From: an uncultured Myxococcales bacterium
GTDB taxonomy: Bacteria > Myxococcota > UBA4151
DNA length: 64,000 nt
Direction: 5' to 3'
NCBI GenBank assembly: GCA_964013405.1
Contig: CAXGWI010000001.1
Span: 1 to 64,000, forward strand
The notes under the pieces were generated by a model. The model ran no database searches. It saw only the letters and a program-made list of their open reading frames with translations, and had not been told where the DNA came from. Made by a program: the position numbers and the translations under genes. This document shows positions 58,487 through 64,000 of this stretch, piece by piece (positions within the stretch are counted from its first letter, which is position 1; each line of letters begins with the position of its first letter).

Positions 58487-60285
58487 TGTTCGCCGGCGAG
58501 ACATTTGGCGAGTACCGAATCATGGGCAAGTTGGCCAATGGTGGCATGGCATCGGTCTACCTCGCCAGGCACCTGGCCGACGCGACGGCGACGCCGGTCG
58601 CCCTGAAGGTGATGCTTCCGCACCTCCTTGCGAATCCCGACTACCGAGAAATGTTTACGCGGGAAGAGGCAATGGGTCGCCTCCTGACCCATCCCAACGT
58701 GGTCCGCGTGATCGAGCGGGTTGAGTCGGCCGATGGGCAAGCTCTTGCGATGGAATTTCTCGATGGACGCAATTTAATCCAAATCGTTAGTGCGGCGAGG
58801 CGTCGGTCTCAGGCCATTTCTTTCCCCGTCGTCGCCCGAGTCATCGCTGCCGTGTCAAGGGCCTTGGAGCGCGGCTGGACGGCTGTTGACGCCGAAGGAC
58901 AACCCATTCGAGTCATTCACCGGGACGTCAGTCCGGAAAATGTCCTGCTTACCTACGACGGGCAGGTCAAACTGATCGATTTCGGGATTGCAAAACAGAC
59001 CCATCGCCCAAGCAACACCCGGGCGGGCCAACTCAAAGGCAAATACAGCTACATGAGTCCAGAGCAGGTCCGGGGCGAGACGCTAGACCACCGTAGTGAT
59101 CAGTTCAGCTTGAGCGTCCTACATTACATTCTCCTCACCGGAAGAAAGCCATTTGTCGCCCCCAACGAGGTTGAACTCCTCAAGCTGATTCTTTCAGAAG
59201 ACCCGGTACCACCAAGCCGCATCGATCCCACAGTCCCCGGTGTACTCGAAGAGGTCGCCCTGCGCGGACTCCGAAAGGCGCCGGCTGCCCGTTTCCCCAG
59301 TCATGGCTCCGTCGCCGACGTCCTCGAAGATCGCTACCTGAGCAAATATCCAGCCAAAGAAGCTGATATCGCCCGGCTCATGGAGAGCCTCTTTCCCGCA
59401 GGGAAGGACGCAGTACGACTACGAATCCAGCGCTTGATCGATGCTGAGCAAGAGGCGACGGTCACCGGAATCCGCCCGCCCGTGCCCCCCTTGGAACAGG
59501 TCGAGGACGAATTACTCGAAGACAGTGCCACGATTCTCGAGGGGGCGATTCCGGACCAGCCTACCGCCAACTGGCGGACCAGTTCCAGTTCGGCTCCGCT
59601 GGCCCAAGACCAGACCGAAATCTCGGTCCCCGAAGAGCAGGCGACCGTGCTCACACCCGCTGCTGTTGATGTGATCCCGCCACCGCGACGGCCGGCCACC
59701 CATCACCGGGGTTCTCATCATGTCACCGGCTCCCACTACAACCTCAGCCCCTCTTCATTCTCGCCGGCCACCGCGGGCCTGGCCCTCTTAGCGGTCGCCG
59801 CACTGCTCGCACTCTACTTCTCGTTCTCCGAAGATCGCAGTGAGGTGGCGACGGTGCAGAGTGGCCAAGGTACGCTCATCGTTCGGGCCTCCACCGGACA
59901 GGCCGAGGTCCGAATCAACGCGGAGCTCATCGGCTCGACCCCAATTGAAAAGCAACTGCGAGCGGGACGAGTCAGTGTCCTCTGTAGTTTTCGATCCCGA
60001 GAGGTCGTTCTGAAGAAACGAGTCGACGTCATGGCCGGACAACGAACTGAGACGCTCTGCCAGCTCGGCCACGCTGATTTAGAGGTCAATGGGCCAAAAG
60101 GCTGGCAGGTTCAGGTCGATGACAAACCCCTCCAGTCCCCACCCGTGCGCCTTTCCAAACTTCTCGAGGGAAGCCACCGGATCGAGTGGGTCCGGCAGAC
60201 CGATGGTCACAAGGAGGTACGCCGCTTACGACTGCAAAGGGGCGAGCGAAAAGTCGTTGATGGCTTTGAGGGCTTAGATCGATGA
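58486..60285 (+). CDS. Hanks-type Ser/Thr protein kinase with TM and PEGA-like C-terminus
   Basis: GGMASVY, VALK, HRDVSPEN, DFG, GKYSYMSPEQ; TM LALLAVAALLALYF; AEVRINAELIGSTP; TGATG overlap at 58484-88. Confidence 0.93.
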   Translation: MFAGETFGEYRIMGKLANGGMASVYLARHLADATATPVALKVMLPHLLANPDYREMFTREEAMGRLLTHPNVVRVIERVESADGQALAMEFLDGRNLIQIVSAARRRSQAISFPVVARVIAAVSRALERGWTAVDAEGQPIRVIHRDVSPENVLLTYDGQVKLIDFGIAKQTHRPSNTRAGQLKGKYSYMSPEQVRGETLDHRSDQFSLSVLHYILLTGRKPFVAPNEVELLKLILSEDPVPPSRIDPTVPGVLEEVALRGLRKAPAARFPSHGSVADVLEDRYLSKYPAKEADIARLMESLFPAGKDAVRLRIQRLIDAEQEATVTGIRPPVPPLEQVEDELLEDSATILEGAIPDQPTANWRTSSSSAPLAQDQTEISVPEEQATVLTPAAVDVIPPPRRPATHHRGSHHVTGSHYNLSPSSFSPATAGLALLAVAALLALYFSFSEDRSEVATVQSGQGTLIVRASTGQAEVRINAELIGSTPIEKQLRAGRVSVLCSFRSREVVLKKRVDVMAGQRTETLCQLGHADLEVNGPKGWQVQVDDKPLQSPPVRLSKLLEGSHRIEWVRQTDGHKEVRRLRLQRGERKVVDGFEGLDR

Positions 60286-61304
60286 AATCACCGGTTGTGC
60301 TGGGTATTGAGACGAGTTGTGACGAAACCGCTGTCGCACTCTACAGGCGGGGCGAAGTCTTGGCTGAATCGGTCCACTCCCAAGTGGATATTCACCGTTA
60401 TTATGGCGGGGTGGTCCCCGAACTCGCGAGCCGAGATCATGCTGGATACCTCCGCGCTGTTGCAGCCGAAGTCCTCCAGGGCTGGGAGGGTTCGATCGAT
60501 CTCGTGTGCGCCACCCGAGGCCCCGGACTGATCGGTGGCCTTCTCGTGGGGCTGACCTGGGCCCGAGCCTATGCATTTGGTCAAGGCTTGCCCTTTGTGG
60601 GGGTACACCATCTCGCTGGACATCTTGCAGCACCACTGGTCGACCCAGAATTCACGCTGGAGCCACCGGCCATTGCACTGGTTGCCAGTGGCGGGCACAC
60701 GCTCCTGTATGACCTGACGGCCTGGGGTGAAGTGCGGGTACTCGGGGGGACTCGAGATGATGCGGCCGGTGAGTGTTTTGATAAGGCCGCACGCATGCTC
60801 AATCTAGGCTACCCGGGCGGCCCAGCGATTCAGAGCGCAGCGGCGAAGCACGAGGGGCCGGCCGTCAAGCTGCCTCGACCCATGCTGAAGCGGGGGCTCG
60901 AAATGAGCTTCAGCGGCCTGAAGACTGCCTTGCTTACAGAAGTTCAGTCTCGGCCCCAGCCCTTAGACGAGTCCACGGTCAATGAGCTCGCCTATGCGGT
61001 CCAGGACGCCATCGTCGATGTGCTCCTCACCAAACTCCGGAAAGCATTGGAAGTCACGGGAAGAAAGCGCGTGCTGATCGGTGGTGGTGTTGCTGCAAAC
61101 CAACCGCTTCGAGATGGCGTCGCCGCCCTCGAGAACGACGGTTTTGAGGTCTACATTCCGGCCCGGAAGTACTGCACAGACAACGCGGCAATGATCGCAG
61201 CGGCTGGCTTGATTCAGTTCGAACGTACGGGACCAGACCCGCTGAATGCGCCTGCTCAAGCCCGCTGGGACCTGCAGGATTTTTGGCCCCTAACACCGTC
61301 GTAG
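60282..61304 (+). CDS. tsaD: tRNA t6A threonylcarbamoyltransferase
   Basis: LGIETSCDET, GGVVPELASRDH, HHLAGH, SGGHT, DDAAGECFDK, SFSGLKT, CTDNAAMIA. Confidence 0.97.
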   Translation: MKSPVVLGIETSCDETAVALYRRGEVLAESVHSQVDIHRYYGGVVPELASRDHAGYLRAVAAEVLQGWEGSIDLVCATRGPGLIGGLLVGLTWARAYAFGQGLPFVGVHHLAGHLAAPLVDPEFTLEPPAIALVASGGHTLLYDLTAWGEVRVLGGTRDDAAGECFDKAARMLNLGYPGGPAIQSAAAKHEGPAVKLPRPMLKRGLEMSFSGLKTALLTEVQSRPQPLDESTVNELAYAVQDAIVDVLLTKLRKALEVTGRKRVLIGGGVAANQPLRDGVAALENDGFEVYIPARKYCTDNAAMIAAAGLIQFERTGPDPLNAPAQARWDLQDFWPLTPS

Positions 61305-61305
61305 T

Positions 61306-63432
61306 TTATTGCAGTTGGTCAAGCCAGTCATCGAGGGTTGGGTCGGGCCGGTTGCCCAACAACCTTTTGGCGACGCCAAGGTGTTTTAAAGCACGCTTTC
61401 GAGCCTTCTGATCATTGTTCTTAAAGGCCTTGAGTTCAAGGTAACCGAGGGCCTTATAGGCGGGAATGAGTTTACCATTGGCCTGAATCGCGCGGCTGTA
61501 AGCTTTCTTCGCCGCCGGCGTATCACCGCCCGTTTCAAGGGCTTCACCCAGTTCATAGTAGGCTAAGGCTTTGTTCTTTTTGCTCGCGCGCATTTTCAGG
61601 GCACGGCGGTAGTTTTTCTCGGCCGCATCGAGATCACCTTGATCTCTTGCCTCCCGAGCCTTGGTCATCGATTTTGCAAAGGGGCCCGTCCCGACACGGC
61701 GCTTCTTGCGCTTCTTGGGCCGCAATCTCCGCTTAGTTTTTACCCCGGCCTTCCGCTTCTTGGCATCGCCCTCCAGTTCCGGACGCTGCAAGGGTTCGAG
61801 GGGGGGGAGTGGCTCCGGGCTGGAGAAGGTGCGGATGATCGGCGCCAACAGGCCGCCCTTCTCACCTTTGATCCGTCGGTTCCGGATAAAAATGGCGGTG
61901 ACCAACAGGCCGAAGAGCGCAACTGCTGCAGCGATCCACCGCCAATCCCAACGCTTCTCAGACGCGACCTCCCGTTCCGAGGTCATCGCCTCTTCGTCGG
62001 CCAAAATCTCATCGCTCGTGCGTAGGCGAGCGAGGCCCTTACGTTCGACCGGCGGGGCTGGTGGCAGTTCCTCAGTGAGCGGCGCCATGTCCCGGGTTTC
62101 AAGAAATTCTGGCACGTCATCGACGCGATCGAAAACCGGTGGGAGTTCATCGATTGCTTCATCATCCGCCTCGATCGGCGGTGGGAGCCCCGACTCCACG
62201 AGATCCCGTTCATCAACGGCCCACGCTCCACTCTCGCCATCAAACCCGGCGGACTCGTCGTCGACCGCTGGCGGCAAACTGAAGAGGAGGGAATCCTCGC
62301 TTGAGTCGCTGAGCAAGGGCTCGATCGGGTCGGTTAAGGCATCGGCATCGTCGTCTTGTAACTCCGGTAGCGACTCCCAGTCTCCCTGACCCGCGCTCTC
62401 AGGCACCTGGGCCATCGCCAAGGACCAGGCCAGATCGGACTCCACCTCCTCCACTTCAGGTTCGGCCGGCGTTGCGAGGACCTCATCCTCGTCCATTTGC
62501 GGTGGCAAGGCAGCTTCGTCGGCAACCGGCGGAATGTCTTCAGCCTCTGGCTCGGGCTGAGCGATGATCAAGATGCCATCTTCAAGCAAGCTGAGAGAGC
62601 CCTCGAGGGCCCGGCGGCCACCGATCAAACGCACCCCTTCAAGGTCTCGCTGACCATCGATCAACCGGAGGATCCAACTGACCTGGTCGCTGAGTAGAGA
62701 GAGACGACTCAAAAGGCGCTCTGGCGCCACATCCAGCGGACCCTTGGGGGCGCCATCGAGCAACTGGGCGACATGCAGTTCGATCGTTTCCGCCTCGGCC
62801 ACCCAAGACTTTAGGTTTTTGCCCTGCCCGGCCTCCGGGTTCTTTCGGGGCTCCAAGTAGGATTCCCCCTGGTCCAGCGCGAGCAGGACAGCAAAGGCCT
62901 CCGGTCCTGTGAGCCCGCTGAGGCGAGTCTGCACCAATCGACCACCTCGCAGATGGATTTCTCCCCGTCCCAGGGGCGCCTCAACCATGTAGATTCCCGT
63001 GGACTCAAGGCGACCTGCAAGCTTCAGGCGCTCCTTGAGTGTTTCTCGGGCGTTGGGCTCCCGCCGACACAACTGCTCCTCGAACCAATCTCGGATCCGC
63101 TCACCCAGTTGAACCGCCGCCGCCGGAAACTGGATCGGGCGTACCAGCACTTTGGCCCCATCAGGGATCTCCTCGCTGACCCCGGGGTCTTGTAGAAAGA
63201 CTGGCGCAACCTCCGCGGCGATGAGCGATTGCGTAGCCCGGTCGCGGTCCTCCAGCGTCCAGCCGGGAATCATCCCTGTGACCAGGACCGCATCCACTCG
63301 GGGGCGCTGTAGAAAAAGTGCCGCTTCATCGGCGTTGTGGATCACTTGGATGTGAAAGCCGGCCTGACGTAACGCCGACTCGACGATACTCCGCTCCAAA
63401 TCGGAGGGCCCGAAGATCGCCAGCGACCACAT
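61306..63432 (-). CDS. Degenerate receiver + DUF4388-like domain, acidic linker, TM and C-terminal TPR protein
   Basis: LRQAGFHIQVIHNADEA..VDAVLVTGMIPG; RGEIHLRGGRLV..LTGPEAF; LRLIDGQRDL; TM WIAAAVALFGLLVTAIFI; TPR AYYELGEALE. Confidence 0.75.
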   Translation of the reverse strand: MWSLAIFGPSDLERSIVESALRQAGFHIQVIHNADEAALFLQRPRVDAVLVTGMIPGWTLEDRDRATQSLIAAEVAPVFLQDPGVSEEIPDGAKVLVRPIQFPAAAVQLGERIRDWFEEQLCRREPNARETLKERLKLAGRLESTGIYMVEAPLGRGEIHLRGGRLVQTRLSGLTGPEAFAVLLALDQGESYLEPRKNPEAGQGKNLKSWVAEAETIELHVAQLLDGAPKGPLDVAPERLLSRLSLLSDQVSWILRLIDGQRDLEGVRLIGGRRALEGSLSLLEDGILIIAQPEPEAEDIPPVADEAALPPQMDEDEVLATPAEPEVEEVESDLAWSLAMAQVPESAGQGDWESLPELQDDDADALTDPIEPLLSDSSEDSLLFSLPPAVDDESAGFDGESGAWAVDERDLVESGLPPPIEADDEAIDELPPVFDRVDDVPEFLETRDMAPLTEELPPAPPVERKGLARLRTSDEILADEEAMTSEREVASEKRWDWRWIAAAVALFGLLVTAIFIRNRRIKGEKGGLLAPIIRTFSSPEPLPPLEPLQRPELEGDAKKRKAGVKTKRRLRPKKRKKRRVGTGPFAKSMTKAREARDQGDLDAAEKNYRRALKMRASKKNKALAYYELGEALETGGDTPAAKKAYSRAIQANGKLIPAYKALGYLELKAFKNNDQKARKRALKHLGVAKRLLGNRPDPTLDDWLDQLQ

Positions 63433-63588
63433 CGATCGTCCCCTTTACGCAATGCGCCCTTATGCGCGTGCGGGGAAAACATAAGCGCAGCAAGCGGCGA
63501 GCAAAAAGAAAAATGCCCAGCGGGTTGCAATACAGCGGTCACCTAGCTAGGCGGACAGCGCGGAAAGACTCCGCTGTTGGAGGCGCTC

Positions 63589-64000
63589 ATGGAGTGGGAC
63601 AGCAAACTCTTCTTGGTCACTCGGAACTTGGTGCATCGAACGGCTGCCCGCCTGGATATGGACCCAAACGCCGCCCACCGACTCCTGCAGCCGGATCGGG
63701 CGCTGATCGTCTCGGTGCCGGTCCGGCGAGACGATGGAACTGTCGAGACGTACACCGGTTACCGCGTCCAGCACAACGACACCCGGGGCCCCTTTAAAGG
63801 CGGGCTTCGCTACCACCCAGATGTCGATCTCGGTGAGGTGACTGCCCTGGCGACTTTGATGACCTTTAAGTGTGCTGTCGTTGGCGTCCCCCTCGGCGGC
63901 GCAAAAGGAGGAATCGCTTGTGACCCGAACAAATTCAGTCGGGCTGAATTGCAGCGACTGACAAGGCGGTTCACAACCGAGATCATCAACTTCATCGGAC
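63589..64000 (+). CDS. gdhA: Glu/Leu/Phe/Val dehydrogenase, probably glutamate dehydrogenase (3'-partial; absent from ORF track)
   Basis: Manual translation MEWDSKLF...[23 protein letters not shown]...[26 protein letters not shown] at 63579-83. Confidence 0.92.
   Translation, partial: MEWDSKLFLVTRNLVHRTAARLDMDPNAAHRLLQPDRALIVSVPVRRDDGTVETYTGYRVQHNDTRGPFKGGLRYHPDVDLGEVTALATLMTFKCAVVGVPLGGAKGGIACDPNKFSRAELQRLTRRFTTEIINFIG

Noticed and set aside
1..64000. rRNA, tRNA, IS elements, prophage, defence systems
   Set aside because: None was recognised. The window is almost entirely coding, with no transposase, integrase or phage motifs seen.

Overview
GC-rich chromosomal window, most likely from a Myxococcota/deltaproteobacterial genome (inferred from AgmX/GltJ-like, PEGA, TPR, DUF4388 and Ser/Thr kinase genes). 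The first 12.9 kb is one minus-strand ORF of at least 4300 codons. The ORF track missed it because its stop lies beyond the left edge. It encodes a signal peptide, a Cys-containing tip domain, about 12-13 DUF11/Ig-like repeats, an SdrD-B-like domain, two OmpA-like domains and a very large C-terminal beta-barrel region with an SprA-like motif. The rest is densely packed housekeeping and envelope genes: dapF, aspS, smpB, panB, a deoxynucleoside kinase, rsmA, rpoZ, a fused 2-oxoacid dehydrogenase E1, add, hslO, mltG, ruvX, recA, lptF/G, tsaD and a partial gdh. Embedded among them are: (1) a satellite microcompartment locus with two EutN/CcmL vertex genes and a class II aldolase but no hexamer gene; (2) a tandem ArsA/Get3-like pair; (3) two paralogous unknown lipoproteins; (4) three 15-bp palindromes at exact 24-bp spacing before a phasin-like gene; (5) an apparent CTG start for rsmA. 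No rRNA, tRNA, CRISPR array or mobile element was recognised. All family calls come from manual motif recognition, not database searches.
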